Assembly (NCBI RefSeq): GCF_000372725.1
Contig: NW_005201202.1
Span: 1-64,000 of the forward strand
Reading direction: 5' to 3'
Length of the DNA stretch: 64,000 nucleotides
From: Emiliania huxleyi CCMP1516
Taxonomy: Eukaryota
Below, in pieces: positions 11,161-23,470 of the stretch (the first letter of the stretch is position 1; every line of letters starts with the position of its first letter). The notes below the pieces were generated by a model. That model saw nothing but the letters and a program-made list of their open reading frames with translations. It was not told where the DNA came from and ran no database searches. Both the position numbers and the translations under genes were made by a program.

Positions 11161-12150
11161 TTAGTGCATTTTGAGCACATCCTTGAAGGGCATCGAGTCT
11201 GGCAGGTCAGAGGGTTTGACGGAGGCGACCGCCTGGTTGCGACGGGCGAGGCTGAGGTGAGGGGCGTGAGTGGGGTGTGTTGCCGAGGCTGAGGTGAGGG
11301 GCGTGAGTGGGGTGTGTTGCGTGAGAGAGAGGGATTTTAGGTGTGTCTGTGGCCGCGGCGCACCTTCGCCATGCTCGACGCCACCTCCGCCTCCAGCTCC
11401 TTGACCTTCTCCGCTGGCAGCGACTCTTTGAGGCCGGCAAGCACCTGAGGAGGGAAGGGGGTGGAGTTGTTGAGGGGGGAGGGGAAGAGGGGGGTGAAGG
11501 GCGCGGCCCGCGTGCGTGCGTGCGTCGCCTTTGTGTTTTGCGACGAGAGGAAGGCGACCGAGTTTGTGATGATGCTCTTCTTCTCCGCCTCGGTCAGCTT
11601 ATACTCGAGGCCGTCATAGGCGGACGCCTCGCGCCGCTCGAGGAGCTTCACGTTGGTCATAATGTCGTGCACCAGCGTCCCTTCGACCGTGTACTTGCAC
11701 TGGCTCGGGTCGCGCGCCGCGGCCACCGTCGGCACGACTCCGGTGCAGAGCGGGTCCTTCTCGACGCGGCCGATGATGGACTTGAGCAGCTCGGGCTGCG
11801 CTGCGGCGAATGCCTCGTACGTCTCGCGCACCTTGGTCTGCGGGCGAGGCGGGGAGGGGGGCGGGTGGGGGTGAGGGTAGCGGGTCGGAGGGGTTGTTCA
11901 GGCCGCCGCCGTCAGAATGCACAGCCGCTGGCCGGCAGAGGAGAGGCAGAGAGGCGGCAGCACGCACCGCCTGGGCCGCAATCGGCTTGAGGCTCTCGGC
12001 GAGGTGCGGCGTGAGCGCGAGCCATTTGGCCTCGGCGGCCTTGAGCTTGCCAACCACGTCGCCAGAGGCGACCTCGCCCATGAGGTGCCTGCGCACAGCG
12101 TTTCTCAACCTCAGCAGCCACGCAGCAGCGTTGAGGGGGGAGCGTGAAGG
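11161..12150 (-). CDS. Spliced hypothetical protein (5' end uncertain)
   Basis: Coding-like exons (RETYEAFAAAQPELLKSII..., VLAGLKESLPAEKV..., ...PFKDVLKMH*) separated by C-rich introns. Confidence 0.5.
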
Positions 12151-12750
12151 CGCATTGGTTCGCACCTCAACGACATAGCTGCCGCACGCGCCGGCCGCAG
12201 TCTCCCTGAGAGACAACGCGGGCGTGCCAGGTCAGGCCGACGCAGCGATTGCGCGCGGCCTTTTTGCCGTCTCTTGCACTCGGGGTGTTCTGTGCCAGTG
12301 TGCACGCGCAGGCGGCTTGCGCGGCGATGGAGGCGCGGTGGAGCAGCCTGCCCTCCCGCGTGTGGAGGGTCGTGTGGTCGCGCGGCGCGCGGCGGTGCTG
12401 CTCTCGGGGCCGTAATAGCTGCCACGGACAGAGACTGCTGTGGAGAGGCGCTGGAGTGTCCCTCGCCGCAACACTTTCGGCGAAAGGAAGAAAACGAGCT
12501 CCGCTTGGCCTCACCTCCTCTACAATATTGGGTCTTGGATCTCTCGGAGGCGCCCATCCCGAATCATGGAGCATTCGGCTTCCCCGAGATCACTACACAT
12601 GGCTCTCCCTCGCCGCACGAGGCGCACCCACCGGCAATACATTTAGGCCCAGCGCACAGGTGCGCCATCCCGCTCAGCCCCGCCTCGGTGTGCGCCGGGC
12701 CGCCTCGCCGCGGCCGCGCCCGAGCCCGCAACGTCACAACGGGTGGTACT

Positions 12751-14688
12751 CTACATCGCGTTGCGGCGTGGCGAGTCCATCGCAGCTACATCACGGTGGA
12801 GGCGCCGACGGCGCTGGTGGCGGGGGGAACACGCACAGGTCGCTGTCGCCCAATAGACTGGCATTATAGCCGGCATTTTGGGCCACGTCATCGAACCAGC
12901 ACCAATAGGTTCCCTTGCACAGCCAAGCGAGCCACCACGGGCAGCTGTCCCAGCCTCCACACCATCGGATCTGCGAGGGTGGGGCCACACACGCCGCACG
13001 GTCATCGCGCGAGTGCACCGGCACCGATGGCTGGGTGTGTACCGGAAGCACGGCGCCTGGACGAGCAAATACGAGATGCAGACGCAGAGAGCAAAGTAGA
13101 TGTAGATGTAGAGCGCGACAAAGGCGATCCGGACCTTGGCCGCAATCGCAGAGGAGCAGCGGTTGATGAGCGACTTGCAGGTGCACTTCTTGGCCTCCTC
13201 GCGCGCGGGGTTGGAGAAGGGCGGCATGTCCTGGATGAGCCGCTTGAAGGCCGGGGGCAGGAACACCTGCGTGCGAGGGCGGAGGGCAGTCGTGTTTGGG
13301 CTGTGCGACATGCGCCGGTCCCATCGTGGCGGCATGAAAAAGCGGATCACGGCCCCACAAACCTTGTAGGCCAGGGCGGGTATGTCAACGATGAAGACGG
13401 CGGCGAGTGAGTTCACAATGAGGTCAAAGTCGTTCCCTGAGCGCACGACCGCTCCCGATCCGGAGATGATGACGATGACCGAGGCGACGAACTTGACCAG
13501 GAGCATGATCTGGAAGCCGGTCCGCTCGATGCGCGTGAGGCCGGTGAGCGGTCTCGTGATGGTGAGCGAGATGGCGCCCGCAATTGAGCCGCGCTGTCCG
13601 GGGTCCTCCCCGGCGCCAGGCGACAGAGGCACGGCGACGGGGGCGGGCGGGCTGGCCGGAGGGTTGAGCGGCGCGCTGAGGCTCGGGTCGGCCGCAGACA
13701 CGCGGCTCTTTCGCCTCTGCGTGCGTGCGCGCTCGACGCGCTCCTCTGCCCGCGACGGGCCGGCGTCGTCCGTCGGCAGCCCGCCCGCGCCCTGCGAGCG
13801 CCGCTCTGCCGCCCCCCGGTCGCCCTGGGAGCGCCGGTCGCCCTGGGAGCGCCGCGACTCGCCCTGGGAGCGCCGGTCGCCCTGAGAGCGCCGGTCACCG
13901 GCGGGCGACGAGGCGGGCGGCGAGGCCGGTGGCGAGGGCGCGTCGACCGGCACGCCGTCGTCGTCGACAGGGTCGACGGAGAGGCGCGAGAGCGGCGCAT
14001 CCGACGGCGGCTCCTCCTCGGCCGACGGCTGCTGTGGAGCCGGCTTTGGCGCACGGCTCCGGCGAGACTTGCCGACAATGGCCGGGCTGCCAGAGCGGCT
14101 GTTTGCGGGGCTGGCAACAGGGCTCACGGCGGGGCTGTTGACGGGCGTAAACTTTGCGCCCGGGAGCACCTTGGTGACGAGGCGCTCCGAGAGCTCGTAC
14201 GAGCGGAACTTGAGCCGCTTGTGCATCCACTCGCTCGGCATGTTTTGCAACCACTCGTGCATCTCGAAAGTGTTGCCAACGTCGGCAAAGACGACGCAGA
14301 CAAAGGTGAAGGTGGCCACCCAGCGCATGAGCTGCTCCGTCTCGTCGCAGTTGTCGGCCAGGTCGCCCTCCACCAGCCAGACGGCCCGGTCGAGGTAGAT
14401 TGCGAACAGGAGCTGCGCGGCGAGCGCCAGCACAAGCACAAAGACGAGCGGCAGGACGCGTGTGACGAGCTCGGGCGGGGTGCCGCGCGTGTCGAGCGTG
14501 ATGATGATGACCGCGGCATAGATCGACTCTGGCAGGATCCGCTCCTGCAGTCCGGCCTCCACCTTGCGGCCGAGGTGCGGCAGCGAGGTGATAGGGCCTT
14601 CGGGGATGAGGCCCTCGAGCTGGTACGCCTCGTCGCGCCGTTCGTCGGTGGTCTTCTTGGGCTTGCGGCAGACGGAGCAGCACGACAT
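12751..14688 (-). CDS. Multi-pass membrane hypothetical protein with a large disordered loop (3' end uncertain)
   Basis: Several hydrophobic helices flanking a Ser/Pro/Arg-rich loop; DLIVNSLAAVFIVDI motif. Confidence 0.6.
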   Translation of the reverse strand: MSCCSVCRKPKKTTDERRDEAYQLEGLIPEGPITSLPHLGRKVEAGLQERILPESIYAAVIIITLDTRGTPPELVTRVLPLVFVLVLALAAQLLFAIYLDRAVWLVEGDLADNCDETEQLMRWVATFTFVCVVFADVGNTFEMHEWLQNMPSEWMHKRLKFRSYELSERLVTKVLPGAKFTPVNSPAVSPVASPANSRSGSPAIVGKSRRSRAPKPAPQQPSAEEEPPSDAPLSRLSVDPVDDDGVPVDAPSPPASPPASSPAGDRRSQGDRRSQGESRRSQGDRRSQGDRGAAERRSQGAGGLPTDDAGPSRAEERVERARTQRRKSRVSAADPSLSAPLNPPASPPAPVAVPLSPGAGEDPGQRGSIAGAISLTITRPLTGLTRIERTGFQIMLLVKFVASVIVIISGSGAVVRSGNDFDLIVNSLAAVFIVDIPALAYKVCGAVIRFFMPPRWDRRMSHSPNTTALRPRTQVFLPPAFKRLIQDMPPFSNPAREEAKKCTCKSLINRCSSAIAAKVRIAFVALYIYIYFALCVCISYLLVQAPCFRYTPSHRCRCTRAMTVRRVWPHPRRSDGVEAGTAARGGSLGCAREPIGAGSMTWPKMPAIMPVYWATATCACSPRHQRRRRLHRDVAAMDSPRRNAM

Positions 14689-15467
14689 TGCGCTCGATGA
14701 GAGCGTCGGGCGGCGGCGCTGCTGCCCTACGGCGATGCTCGCGCTCCGAAGACTCCCGCCGGTCCGTCCCGCATGGTAAAATGCGAGGCTTCTTCGTTTG
14801 CTGAGGACCCCCCGGGATGCACAACAAATGGTCATGATAAACAAACGCAGATATAATTCCGTTTGTGGTTCTTTAGGGCTTGTTGGCGAGCCAAAATGGT
14901 GGTGTCCGAGGCGCTGCGCTAGGCTCAGAGCGAGTTCGCGCTGCGCTACAGTGGGTTGCGGGCATTAAGAAAACGTCGCATTAAGAAACCCTACCAAGAG
15001 ATTTCCGCAAAAATCTAAGAAACCACGGCGCGCCGCAGGCGCGGCCCCGAGAAAAGGCCAGCCAGACACGAGTCTCGAGTGTGAACGGGAGCGGCCCCAG
15101 CTCAAAATTTCTCTTCGCCTGCGGCGCGCGCACTTGTCACTTTCCAAGTCTACGGTGTTCTGAGTGGAGTGGAGATGGAGGCGTGTGTGCGTCTTCCCGT
15201 CATCCAGAGAGCCGACTCGGCGGCAGACTCTCTGGCATCGCCCTCGCGGACCGCAGCTAGCAGCTTACCTCTTACCTAAAATCCTTAGGGGGCCGGCTCT
15301 GGCCTGAGTGCCGGCCGGAGCTAAGAAACCACGGCGTGGGGTGGGTGAGGGCTGTGGAAAGGCTTAGAAACGGCGGCGTGCCGCCAAATTCTGTTTTCTT
15401 AATGCCCGCAACCCACTGTAGGCTCAGACGGCGAGTCCTCCCTCCGTGGCAACCTCTTTCGCTGTGT

Positions 15468-15600
15468 AAAAGAAAGAAACGGCACACCACCCGACCAGGG
15501 ATGGGGGGAGGACAGGGTCCCTACCTGCACGAGCAGGATTTCGGAAGGACGATCCGGGACACAGGGGAACGGGATTGGGGAGCGCATCGCGCGACAACAA
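15468..15600 (-). mobile_element. Dispersed repeat family C with T-rich tail (also ~28650-28740 and 37175-37300)
   Basis: Shared GGGTCC..ACCTGCACGAGCAGGAT...GGGACACAG. Confidence 0.6.
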
Positions 15601-15657
15601 AGCGCAATCTTTTTTGTCCCACCGGCTGGGCGCCCCCCGGCCGGTGTACCTAGGTAG

Positions 15658-17244
15658 ATGCTGGAGTCAGCAGGGCAGCCTCGAACGCTCGCCTCCGCGG
15701 CGTCGGAGCTCCGCTCGCTGCACGAGGCGCTGGCCGAATCGGCGCGGGCGCTCCAGCGGCGGCACGACGAGGTGACGGCACGTGAGGCGGCCGTCGCCTG
15801 CCGTGAAGCGGCGGTTGCAGTGGCCGAGAGCAGCGCCGCGCAGCAGCCGCCGGCGCCGGACGAGCCACTTTTGCGCGCTCTCCTGGCAGCTGAGGCTTCT
15901 CGCCTCTCTGCGCGTGGCCGCGAGGCGCTCGAGGCACGCGCCGGTGCTCACGTGGAGCGGCTGGAGCGGGTCGCTTCGCTTCTCAAGTCGAGGCACGAGG
16001 AGCTCGAGAGGCGGAGGGCAAAGCTTGCCGCCTGCCAGGCTGCCACCTCAGCGCGCCTCTCCGATCCGCGCGCGGCACGGCCTGCGCCAGCGGCACTGCC
16101 TCCACCTCCGCCCGCCGCCGCCGCCGACTCTGCCGCCGCTTTGCGGGAAAAGGCGCTGCAAGGTCGGCTAGAACGCAGCCGCGCGCTCGCAACCGCGCTC
16201 CTCCTCCCGACGGGGGCGGCGGCACCGCTGGACGGAGCGAGCCTGGACGACGCCGCGTTCGGCGGCGCGGTCGACCTGTGCGTCTCTTTGCCTCTGGACG
16301 ACCCTGCCGCGGTGGCGGCGTACAAGCTGCTGTGGGGCGCGGCGGGCGGCGGCGCGGCGGGCAGAGGTACGGCCGACGCCGCGGACGCTCCCCCCTCCGG
16401 GCCACCTCCGGCGAGGTTGGGCGCGCGGCCGGCGGCGCAGTGGGAGAGGCGGCTCGTGCGCCACTTGTCCGAGAGACTCGCGCCGCAGGCGAGGGCTTCG
16501 GAGGGGCGGCGGGAGGCGAGGCCACCTCTGCCCTCTTCAGCGGCCCGTGTCCGGCCATAGGCTAGTGAGGAGACGCGCTCCTCCTCCCTTTCCGTCGCGA
16601 CGACCGCGACGGCGGTGACCGCTGCTGCGGCCGGGACCGTTCCTGCGGCGGCGCGGGTTCTGCCGGCGCTGCTCCTGCTGCGCCTCTCGCTGCGCCAAGC
16701 CGGCGAGGCGGGAGGGGCGGGAGGCGGCGGCAGCGGTACGTTGGTGAGCGATGCTGTGGCGGCGGTGCGGGCGCTGCAGCTCGAGGGAGGGGAGGAGGAG
16801 TCTGCTTGCGCGGCTCGCGGCGAGCTGCTGTCGCTCGGACTCGCAGAGCTGGTCGAGGCCGCAGGCTGTGGCCACCCGCCGCTCGCGATGGCGTCGTCCG
16901 CCTCTCTCCTCGCGCTGCTCGCCGCGCCACGGCCCGTCGCCGAGGCGGCGGTGGAGGCACTCTGCACGCCGCGTTTCTTCCGGGTCGCAGCCAGGGTGAT
17001 TTCGCGCGACGGCGCATCGCGCGACGGCGACGAGTCTCTGGCGGCGCGTCTGTGCGTGCTGCTGCAGCGGCTGTCGCTGCGGCCGGCGGCACGCGCGTTC
17101 TTCCACGCACCAGAGCTGCGCGGCGCGCTCGTCGGGCTGCAGCACATCGGCCCGAGCGCGCCCTTTCTTACCGCCAACGTCCGGTCGGTGCTGAAGAACA
17201 CGAAGAGATATCACATTGCGCCACCTACTAGACAGGACACATAG
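15658..17244 (+). CDS. CCDC138-like coiled-coil protein (probably two exons)
   Basis: N-terminal coiled coil; C-terminal EALCTPRFFR...LCVLLQRLS...FLTANVRSVLKN resembles the CCDC138 C-terminus as recalled. Confidence 0.55.
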
Positions 17245-17380
17245 GTTATAGCAAATTTTGGAGTTCACCGCCGGCTTCCGCTCGAGCTCTCTGGCCTTTT
17301 TGTGTACGGACAGATGTCAAAAACGAAACCACCACGAGTCCACACATACAGACATGAGACGAGCCCACCCTGATCAGTGA

Positions 17381-20300
17381 TCATGCTGAAGCGGACCACC
17401 TCGAGGCACCACCGGAGCCAGCGGGGAGCTGCGTCACGTCGCCCGCGACCCTGCCGTCGGCGAGCTCGTCGACGACGCACTGGGGCGGGAGGACCACCTG
17501 GGCAAAGGCGGCACCCGCCCGCTCGAGGCCGTCCTGCACCGCCACCGCGCCGACGAGCGCCTCGAGCACGTCGGCCAGCACCTTGGTGCTCTCGTCGGGC
17601 AAGCTGGCGGCGAGGTCGAGCCGAAACGCCTCTTCGTCGCCCAGCTGGAGCTGGTCCTGCTCCGCCATCGAACGCTGCACCTCGTCGCGCGCAAGCCGGA
17701 GCTTGCTCGTCAGCCAGGAGCCGTCTGTGCCGACGACGCGCGAGATCCGGCGCGCGAGGAATTCGTTCCTCTCCATCGCGATGCGAGCCGCCGCCCGCAC
17801 GCCGCGCTCGGTCGAGCCGGGCAGCGACTCGAGGAGGTGGAGCGAGTGGAGGACGCGGAGGACGCCGTCACCGACGAACTCGAGCGACTGCCCCTCCCAC
17901 TCGCGCGAGGCGGCCGAGGCGAACAGGCCCGGCTCGCTCGGCCACGGGAGGGAGAGGAGGTCGACCTAGGGTTGGGGTTAGGGTTGGGGTGAGGGTGAGG
18001 GTCAGGGTTAGGCCACGGGAGGGAGAGGAGGTCGACCCAGGGTTGGGGTTAGGGTTGGGGTGAGGGTGAGGGCGAGGGTTAGGCCACGGGAGGGAGAGGA
18101 GGTCGACCCAGACGCGGACGGGGCCCGGCCGGCGAGCGACGAGGCGCGGGCGGAGCACGGCGAGCGCCTCGCCCCACCCTTCTGCCACGCTGCCCTCGCC
18201 GCGCAGCACGACGCGCGAGCAGAGGCGCCACGCGTCCTCCATCGCGCGGTCGACGCCGTGCGCCGCCAGGCTGTGGAGGAAGACGGCGCCGATGACCGCC
18301 TCGCCAACCTCCTTCTGCGTCTCGGGGCTCGCCCCCCCTCGCGTGATGCCGCTCTCGCCGGCCCACGGCTGCAGGAAGAGCGCCTTCTCCCACCCGCGCG
18401 ACCGCACCCGCCCCGCCAGCCAGCTGGTGCCGAGCCAGCGGTAGTAGTGCGGGGAGAAGACCTGCTGCGCCCGCCGCGGCGGCGCGCCGAGGGCGAGGAC
18501 GGCGGCCACCTTGCAGCAGAGGCCCAAGACCGCGTTGCCCACCCAAGCGGACATCTCGTTGGACCCCTCCCCGCCGCCGCCGATCGAGCGCGGCGTCGTG
18601 GCGCCGCAGAGGGTCGCATAGGAAGGCACCGACGCCGCGGGCAGGAGCGTGAGCAGGTCGGCGCGGAGGAGGCGCACCTCTGCGGCGTGCGCCAGGACGC
18701 GCGCCATCACGACGGCACACGCCGCGCCGCGCCACTGCGACGCGCGGAGAGGGAGGGCGAGCCGAAGCACTGCGCCTCCGCCCTCCCCCTCCTCCCCCGC
18801 GGCGTCGGCGCCGGGCTCGCACAGCAGCGCGAGCTGGTCGCCCCACTCGCCGAGTGCGACCGTCGCAGCGCTCTGCGCGGCCAGCTTCTTCGAGCGCGCG
18901 GGCTCGCCGGCGGCGTCGAGGCCTGCCGCCGGCGGCCACGCGGCGGGGGAGGCGGCCTCGATGCCGGCGAGGCGGACGGTGGCGCGGAAGAGCTGGTGGC
19001 CGAGGTGCTCGACGGAGTAGGCCACGTAGCCGCCCGCCCGCGTCGCCAGCCGGCCCAGCCGCGCCTTTGGGCTGCCCACTCCTCCGGGCGGCAGCACCGC
19101 CGGCTCCTCCGCCGCCGCCGCAGGGGGCTCCGCCGCCGCAGGGGGCTCCGCCCCCTCCTCGACGGCGCGGAGGCCGAGCCGCGCCGCAGCCATCTCTGCG
19201 AGCCGCTTCCGCGGCGCGGGCTCGCCGCGGAAGTGCCCGTACCCCTCGAGGGAGAGGGTCGCGGCCCAGACCTGCTCCGAGAGCTGCTCCGAGGCGTAGC
19301 TCGGAGGCGGGAGGCCGCGCCGATAGGCGGCCTCCTGCAGCGCGTTCTTCGGGTTGCGGTGCGTCTTCTCGCCGACGCCGCTCTGCTCGTTCCGGTCCGG
19401 GTTGACCCTCGCCAAGCCGGCCACACCGCGGGAGAGCCGTAGCGTGGGCGTGAGCGCAACCCACTCCGGCCTCCGGTGCTCGAGCACAACCACCGGCTCC
19501 CCCTCGCCGTCCTCGGGCCACGCAGCTGCATCGCCCGGCTCCGCAGTGCCAAGCTCTGCAGTGCCAAGCTCTGTGGCGCGCGGCTCTGCGCCGCCCGGGT
19601 CCGCAGTCAGCCTCTCCCACTGCGCCGGGTCCCGCAAGGCGTCGAGAGCGCGCCGCTCGCCCGCCGCACCAGCGCCGCCCCCAACCTCCGTCTGCGGCCA
19701 GAAGAGCACCGCCGCCTCGCCGGCCCCGCCCGCGGAGCCGCTCGAGACGCCGTCCGCATGCAGCATCTGAGCCGGAGCAGGGAAGAGGCCGGGCTCGTCG
19801 ATGCCGAGCAGCCCGGTGAGCGTGGACGCCCACCCCGCGGCGAGCGCCACCTCCTCCTCCCCGAGCTCCAGCACGGGCAGCACCTCCGCCTCCACCTCCG
19901 CCCCGCCCAGCCTCTCCCCGACGATGCTCAGAGGAGGCACATCCAGCCGGCCGACTGGCGTGCCCACGTCCCGCACGAGCAGAGTCAGCTCGAGGGACGG
20001 GCCGCGGAGCCGGATCGGCTGCCACCGCCCGCCCGCGCACGGCGCGGGCGTCAGCACCGCGGGCCGGGCTCGCTCCACCAGATCGAGACCGACGTCCGCA
20101 GCCTCCACCGGCGCGGCAGCCTCTGGCGGTGCTGGTGCCGGGTCGGGCTCCGGCGCGGCTCTGTCGGCGTGACGGAGCGACTCCAGCGCCGAGATGATCT
20201 CGCTCGACTTTGCGTTTGCCCGCACGCCCCTCCGCTTGGCGACCTCCTGCAGCTCTCTCCGCGAGAGCAAGCGCAGGTCTTCGTCCTCTGCCGCCGGCAG

Positions 20301-20525
20301 GTCCACGGGTGCACCGGCCACGCCTGCTGGCGGCCAGACGCCGCCATTCCTTCCACTGAGCTGCGCGATGAGGACTGAACTCTTTTGATTCGCTCGCAGT
20401 CCGCTCTGCTTGGCAAGCGCCTGCAGCTCGCGGCGTGGCAACGCCTCCAAGGCCTCTGCCATAGAGATCGGCGTTGCGTGGTGCCGGCATGGCGTGACGA
20501 GGAGGTGCGCAGCGAGAAGCAGCAT
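17381..20525 (-). CDS. Tandem RNase III protein with two dsRBDs and two SAP/HeH-like motifs; exons 20525-18108 and 17965-17381
   Basis: KNALQE..PPSY and PKARL..RSKKLAAQSAA dsRBDs; EMSAWVGNAVL/EVGEAVIGAV (degenerate) and SLEFVGDGVL/ADVLEALVGAV RNase III signatures. Confidence 0.75.
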
Positions 20526-20732
20526 CGCTCACCAGATGGCCGCTGTCGAAGGCAAAGCCTGGTATAGCCCCAGCCGACTCCGCGTGAGCTCTCGAGGGAT
20601 CTCGAGTCGCGGAGCTCCCAGCTGCTCTGTTCACACCGAGCAGCGAGGAGCGGCTGGCTAATGCAGACCAGTGCCAGCTAATGCAACAAGAAGAATTTTA
20701 CAAGTGCCCTCGCACAACTCTGGGTAGGGACT

Positions 20733-21103
20733 TGCGCGAGGGGAGCTCGATAGACTCGAGGGGCCAGGATACGCCGCGAGGAGGACGGAGTTGCGCCGAC
20801 AGGCGAAAGAAGCCGCGAGAACAAGGGACCGACAGGTGGCGGCGTCGCAGGACGAGGCAGAAGAGAACAACGCGTCAGAGGAGGAAGTGACAAGGGAGAG
20901 AACGACGAGGGTGGGACGACCGCGAGGTGGCATGAAGGTTGCAGCGAGAATCGGCGAGAGACTGCGAAGAGAGATAGGAAGAGGCAGACTCCCTAGGGTG
21001 GGCGACGGATAGCGCACCACACACCTCTCCTTAAAATCCCTGTGTGGTGGCGGCGTGCCGTCCTCCCATCCCTCCCTTGGGTTGTCTGTTTTCTTTCTTT
21101 CTT
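20733..21103 (+). mobile_element. 5'-truncated LINE family B copy with (TTTC)n tail
   Basis: Flanked by TGGGTAGGGACT at 20721-20732 and 21104-21115; ORF end ...RLPRVGDG*. Confidence 0.75.
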
Positions 21104-21115
21104 TGGGTAGGGACT

Positions 21116-23470
21116 CGATTGCCATACAGACATGGGTGCGAAACAACGACAAGACCAAGGCACGGGCAGAGGAACGAGAGAAGAATATAGGGTGGATAAA
21201 GCGCCTGTTCACGGCATGGAGGGTGAGCCACACCGAACGTACCGAGCGAAGAGCCGAGCGGAAGGAGGACGGGGAAGATGACTCCGAGGAGGACGAACCA
21301 GTGGAAATCCAGTTGTCAGATGTCACGATGCATCCGAAGGGGACCCCAGCGCCAGCATCATCCGTAGAGGCACGAGTGTTCGAAGAGAGAGTGGACCTGA
21401 GCAACAACATGACCTGTAGGCAAATGATCGGAGTGGGAGTCAGAAATGTGGTCCTTGCGCGAGGGGAGCTCGATAGACTCGAGGGGCCAGGATACGCCGC
21501 GAGGAGGACGGAGTTGCGCCGACAGGCGAAAGAAGCCGCGAGAACAAGGGACCGGCAGGTGGCGGCGTCGCAGGACGAGGCAGAAGAGAACAACGCGACA
21601 GAAAAAAAAATAAAATATTCTTACCTTCAAGCCCCCCTCCGAGACTAGGGACAGAACCCACCCGTACACAGGAGAGATGGGACTGCGCCTCGCCCCCACT
21701 TGCCCTGACTGCACAGGATTGCGTGCCCCGAAGACGGCGACACATAGCGGGGGACACTGCGCAAGGAGGGGGTGCGAAGCCAAGGTTGGGGTTCTAGGTG
21801 GTGGGACCATGAGGGGGGGTGGGCGGGGTCCTGTGGGGGTGAAATGTTGCGCGGCGAATTCGAACCTACCCCCTCGCCGCGCCGATCCTCACGCGGAGGG
21901 TAAAACCCTGTGGGACAAAACCCCTCCGCGGTCGGCTGTCTTCAGAGTGGACCCCCCCCTCCCCAGCCTCCCCTGTTCGTTTTTCGCACCCCCCCCCCCG
22001 CTCCCCATCGGTGACTCGCGAAGGACACGGACACTCGGGGTGGGGGGGGAGGGGTCCCCCAGAGAGGGGGCTTTGGGGCCTTGTTGAGTCAATCTCCCCC
22101 CCAGAGGGGCCTCGTTGGGTCGATCTCTGGCCGATCTCGTGTCAATCTCGTGTCGATCTCGGGTCGATCTCGGGTCGATCTCGGGTCGATCTCGGGTCAA
22201 TCTCGGGTCAATCTCGGGTCGATCTCGGGTCGATCTCGGTTCGATCCCGGGTCCATCTCGGGTCGATCTCGGGTCACGTCGTGCGGCGTAATGAGGCGAG
22301 ATGAGGTGAGATGAGGCGAGATGAGGCGAGATGAGGCGAGATGAGGCGAGATGAGGCGAGATGAGGCGAGGCGAGGCGAGATTAGACGAGATGGGGCGAG
22401 ATTAGGCGAGATGGAGCGGGATATCGCGAGGTGCAGCCAGCTCCTGCCTGGATGGAGTCAGGATAATGCCTGGGAAGATTCTGATTGGTGCCTGAAGGGG
22501 GCTAGGTATGCCTGGAAGGAGCCAGGTTGATGCCTTGAGGCCTTGAGGGAGTCGGCTTGAGGCCTTGAGGGATCCATATCTGGATCCCTCACGGCCTCAA
22601 GCCGACTCTCTGGTTCTTCTGGTTCCTCTCGGCGACGCCCAATGCGTGCGCCGGCGTGGGGAGTGTGCGTGCGCGCGCGTGTGTGAGATGAGGATTGTGG
22701 CAGGCTGGCTGCTGCTGATGTGGGCAAGTGTGCTCTGTGTGCGGCGCTGCGCTGGCGTGCGATGCGCGCGTGCTGTGCGCGTGTGCGTGTTGGAATCGCG
22801 CGTGCGTCTGCGTGTGCTGCGCGCGCGCCGGCGTGTGCTGTGCGCTGTGCTCTGTTGAGCGCCTGTTTGTGCAGCTGGGAGGCGCAGCTTTGGCTGGCAG
22901 GGCTGCGCGGTGGGCTGCGGCGTGCTGCGGGTGGTCGCGCGCCTGCCTGATGGTGTACGGCGGCCGCGCAGCCCGCCCGACCGGGTCGTCGGCGGCCCAG
23001 GGCGCGAGCATGCGGTCGGCGCTGCATGTGAGGCTGCTGCGCGGCTGGCGCGTATGTTTCCGTGTGGTGAGGGACGCGCGTATGTGTTCACGCTGCGGGC
23101 GCGGGCGGGCGCGGGGGGCGGCGCGGTCTCACCGCGGTCCGACGTCGGTTGGTCTTCGGCGTGGCGAGGGCGGGCGCGCAAAGAGGCCTTGCCGCCATCG
23201 CGTTGCCGCGAAGGAAAAAGAATTTTAGAACAACGCGACAGAGGAGGAAGTGACAAGGGAGAGAACGACGAGGGTGGGACGACCGCGAGGTGGCATGAAG
23301 GTTGCAGCGAGAATCGGCGAGAGACTGCGAAGAGAGATAGGAAGAGGCAGACTCCCTAGGGTGGGCGACGGATAGCGCACCACACACCTCTCCTTAAAAT
23401 CCCTGTGTGGTGGCGGCGTGCCGTCCTCCCATCCCTCCCTTGGGTTGTCTGTTTTCTTTCTTTCTTTCTT
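21116..23470 (+). mobile_element. Second tandem LINE family B copy, interrupted by a nested insertion
   Basis: 21116-21602 continues at 23227-23470; third TGGGTAGGGACT at 23471. Confidence 0.75.
21603..23226. mobile_element. 1.6-kb non-coding insertion with a 16-bp TSD, containing minisatellites
   Basis: AGAACAACGCGACAGA at 21587-21602 and 23227-23242; (GATCTCGGGT/C)n at ~22120-22275 and (GAGGCGAGAT)n at ~22290-22410. Confidence 0.75.
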
